A stretch of DNA of 63,991 nt, filler included, from Octopus bimaculoides (Eukaryota), in the NCBI RefSeq assembly GCF_001194135.2. It is 7 parts of 5 records of this genome, joined end to end, with 100 filler letters (N's around TTAATTAATTAA, not from the genome) between each part and the next. Parts side by side here need not be neighbours in the genome. Positions count along the whole stretch, not along the records: positions 40,608 to 54,845 come from NC_068982.1; positions 54,946 to 61,641 come from NC_068982.1; positions 61,742 to 63,991 come from NW_026424053.1; 4 more parts are not named here. One strand, written 5' to 3'. This document shows positions 50,371 through 63,747 of the stretch, piece by piece; the stretch's first letter is position 1, and each line of letters begins with the position of its first letter. The position numbers were made by a program, and so were the translations under genes. The notes beneath the pieces were generated by a model. That model was not told the DNA's origin and did not search any database. It saw only the letters and a program-made list of their open reading frames with translations.

Positions 50371-51079
50371 ATATATATATGATAGACCCTCCCATTGAAA
50401 AAGACATATGAGCATTCAGCTTTTGCCAAACAACCTGCACAAATGATTTGTTTCTAGTGATCAAATATATGTGCCATACATTAACTCCATCTCTTCATCA
50501 AATTGATGTTGAACAGGTGTATAGTGTGCCATGCATCAGGTGTCAAAGTGATTGCAGAGCAATATGAGATGAAGTGTTTTGCTCAAGTAACACACAATGC
50601 CCACCTCTTGTCTTGGTCCCCAACTTTACATCCAAAATAATATTTGTAAGCAGTTTATAATTTGGTGGTAATGTTCTTCCGCTGTTCATGCTGAACAAAT
50701 TTTCCACAGACATGACTAAAGTTGTCTGGGTGATTCACACAGCCTCTCCTATTCATGATTTAACACAATGAACACAGTTAAAGCAGTAACCACGCAGAGC
50801 GAGAGATACACACACCACACGTGACACCAGCACAAACAACACTGAGAGTTATCAAGAACAAACTGATGTATTTGGCACTTGCACACAATACGTCAGCGCC
50901 ATCTATTGCTAAACTAAATAAACTTCCTCAATTTGTTTTATTGCTGTTTAATTTTGAATTGAGACTGCTTTTACTTTAGCAAATTTTATAATACAGCCTT
51001 ATATTTAGCCAAAAGTATAGTTATAATCTTGTGTATGCACATAACTCAACATCCTGATGTGCTAGAACATTTCTGAGTG

Positions 51080-51408
51080 TGGATTCAGAATAGGTGTCCT
51101 TGATTTAGTCTAAAACACATGCTTGTACCCCGGTAGCAAAATTTTTGTTGTCCAGTGTAATTGGTGTATTGGGAACAGTAAGCAAAGATGTAGACAAATA
51201 GCTGATGGAGATTGGAATAGAATGCCCTGTAGAACTCCTACAAAATATTTCTCTCTTAGGGACAGCAAGGATTACCAGGAGGGTTCTAAGCATTTGAAAG
51301 GCTGCTGAAAACTTGTGGATACCTAAGGTTACAGGCAGTAACCTGCTACCCACATAAATCCTACCAGGAATAAGACTGAATCTGAATCAAACCAAAAATA
51401 ATAATAAT
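51080..51408 (+). mobile_element. R4/Dong-type 3' end with (TAA)n tail
   Basis: VIGVLGTVSK...IGIECPVELLQ...LLGTARITRRVL, followed by AATAATAATAAT. Confidence 0.8.
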
Positions 51409-52157
51409 TCTTTCTGCTATAAGCACAAGGCCTGAAATTTTAGGGCAGGATGCTAGTTGACTCTGTTGACCTCAGTATGCAACTGGTACTTATTTCATCA
51501 ACCCCAAAAGAAAGAGAGGAATAGTTGACCACTGTGGAGTTTGAACTCAATGTAAAGACAAACGAAATGCTGCTAAGCTTTTTTCCAAAGAATATAGCAA
51601 TTTTATCATTATGCTGAGATTATTTATTTTTGCTTTAATTATGCTGGGTCTGTCTTCCTAATTTATGTTTGCACATCCTTTTATCTCTGACTTGCTTCAG
51701 TCATTGGACTGCAACCATACTGGATTACTGCCTTGAACCATGCCAAAGACAATATGAATAGCACTGAATATGAGAAAGAAGTAAAGGAAGAAAGAGCTGA
51801 AGTAGAGAATTTTAAAATGAGAACATAGTAAAGGTAGAAATAATGAATTAAAATCTACAAAAAACTTTCCTTTGGACCAACAAAATTTTGTGATAATGTA
51901 ACAGCAATTTTAGAAAAGCTGAATGTCCACAGGTATATTGAAAACAGATATAAGTATCAATATAGCCTTTAAATCAATTAATTATGTTATAGCCACACAG
52001 CAAAGTATCCTCGACCTTAGAATCTTTCATATAAAAAAAATCCAATCCCAAACATAATACTAATATTCAGAGAAAGATAGAAAAACCAACATACACATAA
52101 AGGGATAAGAAAAGATGTCTTAATTGTTAATGATATCAACTGAACTGAATAAAAAAT

Positions 52158-52578
52158 AAGTGGCTATGTGGTAAGAAGCTTGCTTCCTAACCACATAGTT
52201 CCGGGTTCGGTCCCACTGTGTGGCCCCTTGGGCAAGTGTCTTCTGCTATAGCTTTAGGCCAACCAAAGCCTTATGAGTGGATTTGGTAGACGAAAACTGA
52301 AAGAAGCCCGTCGTATGTATATGTACATATATGTATGTATATGTACATATATGTATGTATTTATGTATGTATGTAATTGTGTGTCTGTGTTTGTCCCCCA
52401 TCACCGCTTGACAACCGATGCTGGTGTGTTTATGTCTGTGTAACTTAGCGGTTCGGCAAAAAAGACCAATAGAATAAGTACTAGGCATACAAAGAATAAG
52501 TCCTGGGGTTCATTTGTTCAGCTAAAGGTGGTGCTCCAGCATGGCCGCAGTCAAATGACTGAAACAAATAAAAGAATT
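52158..52578 (+). mobile_element. SINE family A, full length
   Basis: Colinear with 15172-15580. Other copies: 56185-56357 (minus), 59587-59890 (plus), 60240-60400 (plus). Confidence 0.9.
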
Positions 52579-53335
52579 ATTTGCCTATTTATTCTTAACT
52601 CATCTAGGCAGGTTCAGATGCAAAATATGCTGGTTGCTATAATGTATGCTATAGGAGAATAACTTGTTTTTGCATTGACCATGTGTTCAACACACTTAGC
52701 ACATTGAGACACCAATGTTTCAACATGTGTCTTGTCAACCAGAAGCAGCCTGACAGAATTATAAAATATATATATAGAATAAGAATGAAGTACATGAAAT
52801 CAAAGAATACCTAACATCCTTGCTAAATTGTAAAGAATCTTTATGATTAGTAGCAACATATTTATTTCTTAATAAAACCAACAGTTAGTCTCTAACTGAA
52901 AGCAATGTTATGAGGGTTTAGTAAAAATAGCAGAAGTTGAGGGGAATCGAATAATCATGATAATTATTTTTAGTATTATTGTTGTTTTGATATTGCTTTT
53001 TCCATGATAGGCTAGATATATATACACACATATATAAATAGATATGCGTATTTTTCCCTTGTTAACAATTAACACGGAAAAAATAGATAAATAGTTACCA
53101 GGGTAGCAAAAAATAACACAAGTAAAAAGGTTGTAACTCCTTGTTTTTAAAGGTAGAAACTTCGGGTTTACGTGAAATATTTTGTATAATATATATAAAT
53201 GAATAAATGGAGTTAAATGAATAATACCAGTGATATCTTCGAAACATGTGTCGGAAGTAAAAGAACCTGAATAACACCTGCATTTAACTCCATTTATTTA
53301 TTTACATATACATGTACATATATATNNNNNNNNNN

Positions 53336-53379
<44 letters not shown>

Positions 53380-54298
53380 TAGTTTGGATTTTGTCCCTAA
53401 TATTATTGTTATATATATATATATGCAATTCTGTTGTATGCCACCTCACACTCTCAAGCATAACATCTGAAGACTTTATCCAGTTAGTCCATCCTAAGTC
53501 TTCCTTGACCTCTCTTTTCTGCTGATGTCATCAGCTCATGGCTTTTTTTCTAGTTTTCACCTAGCATAATGTTTCTTGCATATAATATATATCCATATCG
53601 AGAATGGCTATTGACCAAGGATCTTCATCTATAGTACTGTTTTATTTTTCCTTCACTTCCTATGCACACTTGTCAGTTTCATCAATCACATTCATTTATT
53701 TTATGTTATCTTCTTTTTTTGTGTGTTCGTCTTACTGAAGTGAATAAAACACATGATGAAAAGTATCACTAGTATGAAAGCTGAAATACAAAACAAAACA
53801 AAACAGGACATCATTTAAACATGTATTGTATTACTAGGTAGACCAATTTTTTATATACACATCCACATACATACATGTGATGAGGACATGACAACAATTT
53901 ATGGATGTGATTAGTAGTTTTGCTTCTCCAGATGCTATTGCTGTTGTTTTTCTATGTTTTTTGTTGTGGCTTGTAGTCAACAGAATTATTAAGATTTCTT
54001 AATGCTTTGGGAAATATTTTTAAATGATCCCCAATGTAGTTAATTTTGCCATGTTAATCAAGCAGCATTATGCTTAAAATTTGCTGTTAAGAATCATGAG
54101 CATGATATATTGCTTTGTTTATTGAGACTATTTTGTATTTTTAGATTGTAGTAATTCTTACATTTTTAGTTGACTTAAGAGATTTTCTCTATCTTTTACT
54201 TTTTTCTCACTGGATCACATGGCTACAAGGTTTCTCATATGTGTGTGTGTGTTGCGGAAAAGTAAAAAGAAACAAAGAAAATGCGCACTAGGAACAAA

Positions 54299-54551
54299 GA
54301 TATATACATAGAAATAAATGCTTTGAGGTGGAATTAAGAAGTGTGAAGATCATTATAGTGAGTCAATATAGAAAGACATACTGGTTTTGTCATCACTGTT
54401 CACTGACTTCAATCGACAAGAATTTCCAAACGATGTTCATTTAAAGACAGTGAACAGCGATGACGAAACTGTATGACTTCCTATATTGACTCACAATAAT
54501 GATTTTTATACTTCTTAATTCCACCTCAAAGCATTTATTTGTATGTATATA
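54299..54551. repeat. Long imperfect inverted repeat (arms about 110 bp)
   Basis: ATATATACATAGAAATAAATGCTTTGAGGTGGAATTAAGAAG... and its reverse complement ending ...GCATTTATTTGTATGTATAT. Confidence 0.92.
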
Positions 54552-54689
54552 TTTTTTTTTAACAAAAAACAAAAAAAACATTTCTTTCATACCTAGTGTA
54601 CATTTTCTTTGTTTCTTTTAATTTTCCTCCTGTTTATATTATGTGTAGTCTTCTTTCTTTGAAACTTGTGTCTATTATATATATATATA

Positions 54690-54820
<131 letters not shown>

Positions 54821-55051
54821 ATATATATAAATATATATATATATANNNNNNNNNNNNNNNNNNNNNNNNNNNNNNNNNNNNNNNNNNNNTTAATTAATTA
54901 ANNNNNNNNNNNNNNNNNNNNNNNNNNNNNNNNNNNNNNNNNNNNGTGCATATGCCAGACAGAAAGTGTGGTGTGTATGTGAAGTTCTTTTGTTAGTGTG
55001 AGAGAGCAGCATGTGTGTGTGTGTAATGTTGCTGTGTGTGTGAGACAGGGA

Positions 55052-55082
<31 letters not shown>

Positions 55083-56141
55083 AGAGATAAATGTGTGTAA
55101 GGGAGGGAGAGAGATAGAGAGGGAGAGCGTGATCTCTCTATCTCTGCTGAATTGATGTAAACAAACCCATGTGATCTGATTTTCACGTTTAAATCGCCAT
55201 TTCCAAAATATATTTATTTCAAATCATTTATCCGTATATATATGTAAGGCAAGGTGTGTGTGTTTTGTTGATATACGGGCAACACACACACACACACATA
55301 CGAACATGTATGCGTACAAAAAATATGTATGCAATTGGTGTACATACGTGTGTGTGTCTATGCGTGTGTTGCTCATATAAANNNNNNNNNNNNNNNNNNN
55401 NNNNNNNNNNNNNNNNNNNNNNNNNNNNNNNNNNNNNNNNNNNNNNNNNNNNNNNNNNNNNNNNNNNNNNNNNNNNNNNNNNNNNNNNNNNNNNNNNNNN
55501 NNNNNNNNNNNNNNNNNNNNNNNNNNNNNNNNNNNNNNNNNNNNNNNNNNNNNNNNNNNNNNNNNNNNNNNNNNNNNNNNNNNNNNNNNNNNNNNNNNNN
55601 NNNNNNNNNNNNNNNNNNNNNNNNNNNNNNNNNNNNNNNNNNNNNNNNNNNNNNNNNNNNNNNNNNNNNNNNNNNNNNNNNNNNNNNNNNNNNNNNNNNN
55701 NNNNNNNNNNNNNNNNNNNNNNNNNNNNNNNNNNNNNNNNNNNNNNNNNNNNNNNNNNNNNNNNNNNNNNNNNNNNNNNNNNNNNNNNNNNNNNNNNNNN
55801 NNNNNNNNNNNNNNNNNNNNNNNNNNNNNNNNNNNNNNNNNNNNNNNTAACATCCGTGTTCTCATATCTGAACAGAACCGCTTTTGACACAGAGAATCGG
55901 GAGCCCTTTTGGTCATTCTATTTTCCTTGCTGGAAGGGTTCCTAACCCATGAGCAAAGAGGGGTTAGATGATGGCGGTGGTGTTTTCAAAGGGATGGCAT
56001 GTGTAACCTGATCACCTCTGCCGATCAAACTCTCAACCCATGCACTCCAGTTGCAACACTGATTCTGCCCAAATTTGACGTCATGTTACTTAGTTTGGTT
56101 TGAAATAAAGAACTTGATTAGCTTAATAATCCCAACTTAAT

Positions 56142-56169
56142 CCCGGGCAAAGCCGGGCTATACTGCTAG
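56142..56169 (+). mobile_element. Helitron 3' terminus
   Basis: Hairpin CCCGG-GCAAAG-CCGGG, 8 nt, then CTAG|T. Confidence 0.75.
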
Positions 56170-57419
56170 TATATATATATATATGATGATACGATGGGCT
56201 TCTTTCAGTTTCCGTCTACCAAATTCACTCACACGTCTTTGGTCAGCCCAAGGTTATAGCAGAAGACACTTGCCCAAGTTGCCATGCAGTGGGACTGAAC
56301 TTGGAACCATGTGGTTGGGAAGCAAATTTCTTACCACACAGCCACTCCTGCACCTATATAAGGCAGTTAAAATTGCATCTAATGATGTAATGCAATACGT
56401 ATATACAGTAAGTATACAAAGTTAGGGCAGTGAGCTGGCAGAATTGTAAGCGTGCCAAGCAAAATGCTTAGTGGTATTTATGTCTGCCGTTACGTTCTGA
56501 GTTCAATTTAAGCCGAGGTTGACTTTGCCTTTCATCCTTTCACCCTTTCATGAATTTCTGACCATTTTTCTTTCATACTGTACTTTATATCTCTACTAAA
56601 TGGAAAGCTCATCTTTATTGAAAAATGCATCATATGCACAGCTGTTTTAGAAAGAGCTGTAAGATATATATATATATATATATGTATATGTGTCTGTATA
56701 TGTTTATATATGTATATATGTCTATACATGCAAACATACATACATACATACACACATACACATATACATACATGCACATATATTTATATATATGTAATAA
56801 AAACACACATGCACATGCATATAAACGTGTTAACATATAGAACCACAGAAACATGCTACTGAGAGAAGCTATATCTGCTTGCTTGATTTGCTAGTTAAAG
56901 TAGCTAAATCCTTCTCAGATCACACCCTACCAACTTAAAAAATAAAGTGGAATACAATAGATTATGTCATTCTAAAATACACCATGACTCTATAAAAAGC
57001 CATATGGTCACTGCTGGAAAAGGTTTCATCATAGCTCTGCTCTAGACTGGGGTTAAACGACGACAAGAAAACAACAACAACAGTAACAGCAACAACAGCA
57101 ACCACACAGCTAAATCATTTGTGTAAACATTGACATATACAGACAAGACAGAAAAACGTACATAGTGACGAGCATACACATATTACATATGCATGCGTAC
57201 CAACATGTACACAGACACGCAAACACAAACAAACATGCTCATGAAGATAAAACTTCAAAATACAGAGACAAATAATAAAGCTGCGCTCAGAGACAAGGAC
57301 CCAAGCAAACCACTAACACACACACACACACACATATACACATACACATGCTAACATGTGTACACATATACAAATATAAATACACATGCAGTCACACAAA
57401 CACACATATGTTAGCCTTC

Positions 57420-57860
57420 AAATGCACAAACACATTAATGAGTGACAGACAGACAGACAAAAGTGATATATGGAGACATACAGACAGACAAATGGACAGT
57501 GAGAAGTGATCAGCTGATTTAGGTTGACAAGGAAGCTCAACAGGTGGTAAGCAAACAGATAGTCAGACAAACGGACAGACAGGCAGGCAGGCAGACATGT
57601 AGATAGATGTGTTGTGTACGAGCAAGTCTGTGTTTGCTTGTGAGAGAATGAGAGAGGAGACAAAAGCAGACAGGCAGGCAGATAGGCTGGGAGTTTGTTT
57701 GTATGGCAGAGATTATATGTGCATATGTGCATCCAAGAAATTTCCTAGTTGACACAGAAATGACAGACAGACGGGCTAGCAGGCAGACAGGCAGGTAGAG
57801 TAGGAAGACACAAAAAGACAAACAGAAAATCAGACAGACAGACAGACAACAAACAGATAA
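57420..57860. repeat. Degenerate (GACA/GGCA)n microsatellite region
   Basis: Low-complexity ACAG/GCAG runs. Confidence 0.75.
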
Positions 57861-57994
57861 ACAACGAAGTGAAATTGCACCATGATACTATGTCCCTTGT
57901 TTGCAAGTAAAGGCATATTAAACTGACTATGGGCAGTAAGCTATGAAATTCTTACAATCTCTAGATTTCCTGTAATTCAGACTACTTCATGTTC

Positions 57995-58260
57995 CCAGCA
58001 GGTAAAATGAAAAAGGGGTTGTCTCAGACGATGGCAAGGGAGATGTGCTGGAACAGCCACTCTGACTCATGGGGCTCGCAGTTGTGGACAGCCATCTTTG
58101 CCCCAATAGTGGTGATCAGGGATATGGTCCGGGGGATGAAATTGCCAGAGGTCTCTACTGCTACAGGCTTGACCATAAACCTGTTGGAGAGCGAATGACC
58201 GATACTTTGACAATTTGCTCTTTTCAGCCTGACGAGCAATGAAGCCTAGGCTGGTTATTG
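57995..58260 (-). mobile_element. CRE-like non-LTR retrotransposon, C-terminal restriction-like endonuclease fragment
   Basis: KSKLSKY...VKPVAVETSG...IGAKM...EPHESEWLFQHISLAIV*DN. Confidence 0.65.
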
Positions 58261-58383
58261 AACTCACCAAGTTACTGCTGGAGGTGTCAGTAGCAAGTGG
58301 TGTTCAGACAGGCAGGCAGGAAGGCAAGTACAGTAATACACTGCCTTTGTTTCAATTTATTTAGAAAATAATGAAGAATTTAC

Positions 58384-58611
58384 TTAATCCTTTAGCATTG
58401 AGATTATTCTGTTAAATGTACTGCTTATTTATGCACATTACTTTGTATTAAACAAGTATTATCTTGTAGCTTCAAGATTTTGATGATGTGACTGATTATT
58501 TTTAGAATGACATTGTAGGGTAAGTGTAAGAGGCCAGACTTGGCCTGTTTAGACATGAAACAGGCAGAATATTTTGGCCAGATATGGCCAGTTTAAATGC
58601 TAAAAGGTTAT
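58384..58611. mobile_element. piggyBac-like MITE
   Basis: TTAA-TCCTTTAGCATT ... AATGCTAAAAGG-TTAT imperfect TIRs with TTAA-like target site. Confidence 0.6.
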
Positions 58612-60506
58612 GCAACTTTGTCATTATTAAGTTAGTGTAGGGTGATGAGCTGACAGACACATTAGCATGCTGCACAAAATGCTTAGCTGGATTTCTTCTG
58701 GCTAAATGTTCTGAATTTAAATTCTACTAGAGTCTGCTTAGCTTACCATTGTTTTGGGATGATAAAATAAATACCGGTTGAGGACTGGGGTCAATGTAAT
58801 TGACTTACCCGCTCACTTGTTCCAAAATTTGAAACCATCTGTTTCTACTAGATCAGGCAACCACATAGAGCAGTTATGGGCAGACTGCAGCTTGCAGGTC
58901 TTCCGGAATGGCATGCCTAGTGAAAAATTACCTTGAATTATTTTAGCAATGCAACCCGCCTGACAACGAGTCATGTCTCATGCAGCATGCTTCTCAAAAA
59001 AAGGATGTTCATGCCTGACTTAGAAGATATCTAGCAGATGGTAGGTAGACAGTAGTTGTAGCAGGTCAATTTCAGTCGACCTTAATGTGGATGCCAGCAC
59101 CCACCTCCCCTCGGGAGGGGGTGTTATGAGGTCACAAATAGGTGGCAAACATCTATTTCTAATTTTGGCACAAGGCCAGTAATTTCAGAGGTGGGTAAGT
59201 CAATTGCATCAACCACAGTACTCAACTGATATTTATTTTATTGACCCCAGAAGTGTGAAGGGCAAAGGTGACCACAGCAGAATTTGAACTCAGAGAATAA
59301 AGATGGATGAAATGCTGCTAAGCATTTTACCCAGCGTGCTAATGATTCTGCCAGCTTGCTGCCTTACAAGTGGTAAATATCAAGGGGACACTGTGAGGGT
59401 AGTTATATGTTTAGGGATTGGGGCTGGAAGGTGAGGCACTGTTATCTCTCTCAGAAATAAAATATTTAACCCTTTTGTTATTATATTTCTGTTGAAATAC
59501 ACTGCCTTTGTTCTAATTAATTTTGAAAATTATGAAAAGTCTAGAAAAATTACACAAAATTAGTAAGATTACATAAAATTACAAGCAGGTGCAGGAGTGG
59601 CTGTCTGGTAGGAAGCTTGCTTTGCAACTACATGGTTCCAGGTTCAGTCCCACTATGTGGCACCTTGGGTTAAGCATCTTCTGCTATAGCCTCGGGCTGA
59701 CCAAAACCTTATGAGTGGATTTGGTAGAGGGAAACTGAAAGAAGTCCATTATATATATATGTGTATGTGTGTGTGTGTGTGCATGTGTCTCTTTATGTCT
59801 GTGTTTGTGTTGTACCACTGCTTGGTGTGTTTACATCCCTGCAACCTTGGAATTGGGCAAAAGTGACCAATAGAATAAATACTAGGCTGCCTATGATCTT
59901 GCATACCTTACACACTGCTTATTTTCATGTTTTCAGTTGTATTTCCTCACACAGTCTCTTAACGCTATAACCTTGTCTTAGAATTAGCTGGCCGAATTTC
60001 TACCATTCTATATTTACTGGGTACAAACGATAAAAATCCCTAAACACCTCGTGCTTTTGAATAACCCTCTCTCTTTTAATCTTTCTCTTTCAATTTCACT
60101 CCCTCTCTGTTTTAATCTCTCTGTCTCTCCCGATTATCTATTTCACTATGTCTATGTCGTTTTCACTCCCTCTCTATATATCTCTTCTCATCCCCCTTTG
60201 ATTAACCCCTTGCCCCGCGCGGGTATATCGCACACACAAGCAGGTGCAGGACTGGCTGTGTGGTAAGTAGCTTGTTTACCAACCACATGGTTCCAGGCTC
60301 AGTAGCACCTTGAGCAATTGTCTTCTGCTATAGCCTCGGGCCAACAAAGCCTTGTGAGTGGATTTGGTAGAGGGAAACTGAAAGAAACCAGTCATATATG
60401 TGTGTGTGTNNNNNNNNNNCACCCCCACTTAGGGTTTATCCCCCTATGTAAGGTAGAGATCATATGGTGCATAATACGATAATATAGTGGATGCTGGCTG
60501 AAAGGA

Positions 60507-61641
60507 ATGCTACTAATTGTTATGTTCTCTGCAAAATGCGAGCTTTCTTTTCAGGTACATGACGCTGCCGTTCCCCGCCCCAAGTTCTCACGGGTCCATA
60601 CCTCCCACACCCTCAGGGTTGGCACTCTTAACGTCGGCACGCTGAAAGGTAGGTCTGGTGAGATTGTTGAGATGCTTGAACGGAGACGTGTCGATATCTG
60701 CTGCCTCCAAGAAGTAAGGTGGAGAGGTTGCTCCGCTAGGTACCTCACAGGCAAAGAACACAGGTACAAGATTTTCTGGGCAGGAAACACAGACGTGGTC
60801 GGAGGCGTGGGTATACTTCTTGCAGAGAAATGGGTGGATAAGGTAATCGAGGTAGTTAGAGTATGCGATAGAATACTTAAGATTAGATTAGTCCTACACC
60901 ATGGGTTAGCAACCATTATATCGGCCTATGCCCCTCAGCCCGGGCTACCCGACGGACAGAAAGACCAATTTTATGACACCCTTCTGCAGACTACCTCATC
61001 GACGAATGACAGGGACCTTCTCTTTGTGGCTGGTGACTTCAATGGTCATATTGGACAACATGCAGGGGGCTTCTATGGCGTACATGGAGGCTATGGTTTT
61101 GATTCCCGAAATGAGGAGGGAACCAGACTGCTGGATTTCTGGGATGCAAATGACCTTATGGTCTGCAATACTAACTTCAGGAAACCTGCCAGTCACCTAG
61201 TCACCTACCGTTTTGGCAGGCACACAAGCCAAATTGACTACATCCTTGCCAGGAAAAGGGAAAGATGGCTGCTTAGAAATGCCAAAACGTTCCCAGGCGA
61301 AGAATGTACCCGACAACATAGACTAGTAGTTAGTGACTTCAGGATCAGAGCTAAGTGGCTGCCCAGAAGACGACCAGCTTGGAGGAGAAGGGTATGGAAG
61401 CTCAAAGATCCTGCGAATGGACAGAGATTTAGAGACTTATTACTCGAAGCCTTCGACGAAATAGAGGGGGATGTAGCTTCACACAATGTAGAGGACAACT
61501 GGACGTTTCTACGGGACAACCTGCTGAGGGCCACCGACGAGATCTGTGGTTGGTGCAAGGTCCCTTCTCGACCCAAAATAACGTGGTGGTGGAACAAGGA
61601 GGTAGACAGGGCTATTAGACAAAAGAAACAGGCTTGGAAGG
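60507..61641 (+). mobile_element. RTE LINE 5' ORF, APE endonuclease domain, stop-free up to the gap
   Basis: TLNVGTL...CLQEVRW...SAYAPQ...AGDFNGHIG...RNEEG...SQIDYIL...QHRLVV; about 378 codons. Confidence 0.95.
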
Positions 61642-61741
61642 NNNNNNNNNNNNNNNNNNNNNNNNNNNNNNNNNNNNNNNNNNNNTTAATTAATTAANNN
61701 NNNNNNNNNNNNNNNNNNNNNNNNNNNNNNNNNNNNNNNNN

Positions 61742-63747
61742 CCAGAAATTCAACATTGGCCATAAAGTCGTGGACGAATAATTGCACACTGGCCATAAAG
61801 ACGGGGACCACAAATCGCACACTGGCCGTAAAGTCGGGGACGAATAATTGCACACTGGACATAAAGTCGGGTACCAGAAATTCAACATTGGCCATAAAGT
61901 CGTGGACGAATAATTGCACACTGGCCATAAAGACGGGGACCACAAATCGCACACTGACCATAAATACGGGGACCAAATATTGAACACTGGCCATAAAGTC
62001 GGGGACCTGTAATCGCACGCTGGCCATAAAGTCGGGGACCAAATACTGCACACTGGCCATAAAGTCGTGGAACAAAAATCGCACACTGGCCATAAAGACG
62101 GGGACCACAAATCGCACACTGGCCATAAAGTCGGTGACGAATAATTGCACAATGGACATAAAGACGGGGACCACAAATCGCACACTGGCCATAAAGTCGG
62201 GGAACAAAATTTGCACACTGGCCATAAAGTCGGGGACCACAAATCGCACACTGGCCATAAAGTCGGGGACGAATAATTGCACACTGGCCATAAAGACGGG
62301 GACCAAATATTGAACACTGGCCATAAAGTCGGGGACCTATAATTGAACACTGGCCATAAAATGGAGCACCAAAAATCGCACACTGGCCATAAAGTCGGGG
62401 ACCAAATACTGCACATTGGCCATAAAGACGGGGACCACNNNNNNNNNNNNNNNNNNNNNNNNNNNNNNNNNNNNNNNNNNNNNNNNNNNNNNNNNNNNNN
62501 NNNNNNNNNNNNNNNNNNNNNNNNNNNNNNNNNNNNNNNNNNNNNNNNNNNNNNNNNNNNNNNNNNNNNNNNNNNNNNNNNNNNNNNNNNNNNNNNNNNN
62601 NNNNNNNNNNNNNNNNNNNNNNNNNNNNNNNNNNNNNNNNNNNNNNNNNNNNNNNNNNNNNNNNNNNNNNNNNNNNNNNNNNNNNNNNNNNNNNNNNNNN
62701 NNNNNNNNNNNNNNNNNNNNNNNNNNNNNNNNNNNNNNNNNNNNNNNNNNNNNNNNNNNNNNNNNNNNNNNNNNNNNNNNNNNNNNNNNNNNNNNNNNNN
62801 NNNNNNNNNNNNNNNNNNNNNNNNNNNNNNNNNNNNNNNNNNNNNNNNNNNNNNNNNNNNNNNNNNNNNNNNNNNNNNNNNNNNNNNNNNNNNNNNNNNN
62901 NNNNNNNNNNNNNNNNNNNNNNNNNNNNNNNNNNNNNNNNNNNNNNNNNNNNNNNNNNNNNNNNNNNNNNNNNNNNNNNNNNNNNNNNNNNNNNNNNNNN
63001 NNNNNNNNNNNNNNNNNNNNNNNNNNNNNNNNNNNNNNNNNNNNNNNNNNNNNNNNNNNNNNNNNNNNNNNNNNNNNNNNNNNNNNNNNNNNNNNNNNNN
63101 NNNNNNNNNNNNNNNNNNNNNNNNNNNNNNNNNNNNNNNNNNNNNNNNNNNNNNNNNNNNNNNNNNNNNNNNNNNNNNNNNNNNNNNNNNNNNNNNNNNN
63201 NNNNNNNNNNNNNNNNNNNNNNNNNNNNNNNNNNNNNNNNNNNNNNNNNNNNNNNNNNNNNNNNNNNNNNNNNNNNNNNNNNNNNNNNNNNNNNNNNNNN
63301 NNNNNNNNNNNNNNNNNNNNNNNNNNNNNNNNNNNNNNNNNNNNTTTGCACACTGGCCATAAAGTCGGGGACCACAAATCGCACACTGGCCATAAAGTCG
63401 GGGACGAATAATTGCACACTGGCCATAAAGACGGGGACCAAATATTGAACACTGGCCATAAAGTCGGGGACCAGAATTTAAACACTGGCCATAAAGTCGG
63501 GGACGAATAATTGCATACTGGCCATAAAGACGGGGACCAATAATTGTACACTGGCCATAAAGACGGGGGAAAAAAGTGAACACTGGCCATTAAGTAGGGG
63601 ACCAAAAATCGCACACTGGCCATAAAGTCGAGGGCCAAAAATTGCAAACCGGTCATAAAGACGGGGACCGAACATTGTACACTGGCCATAAAGTCGGCGA
63701 ACAGAATTCGCAAACTGGCCATAAAGTCGGGGACCAGAATTTCAACA
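61742..63747. repeat. 33-bp minisatellite spanning a gap
   Basis: Unit of about CACACTGGCCATAAAGTCGGGGAC plus 9 variable nt; about 21 units before and 12 after the gap. Confidence 0.97.

Noticed and set aside
53240-53262. GAAACATGTGTCGGAAG half-hammerhead within a small hairpin
   Set aside because: No CTGANGA core or stem II upstream.
61742-63747. CRISPR-like repeat-spacer appearance
   Set aside because: Variable parts are only 9 nt and are reused, the context is eukaryotic, and there are no cas genes.
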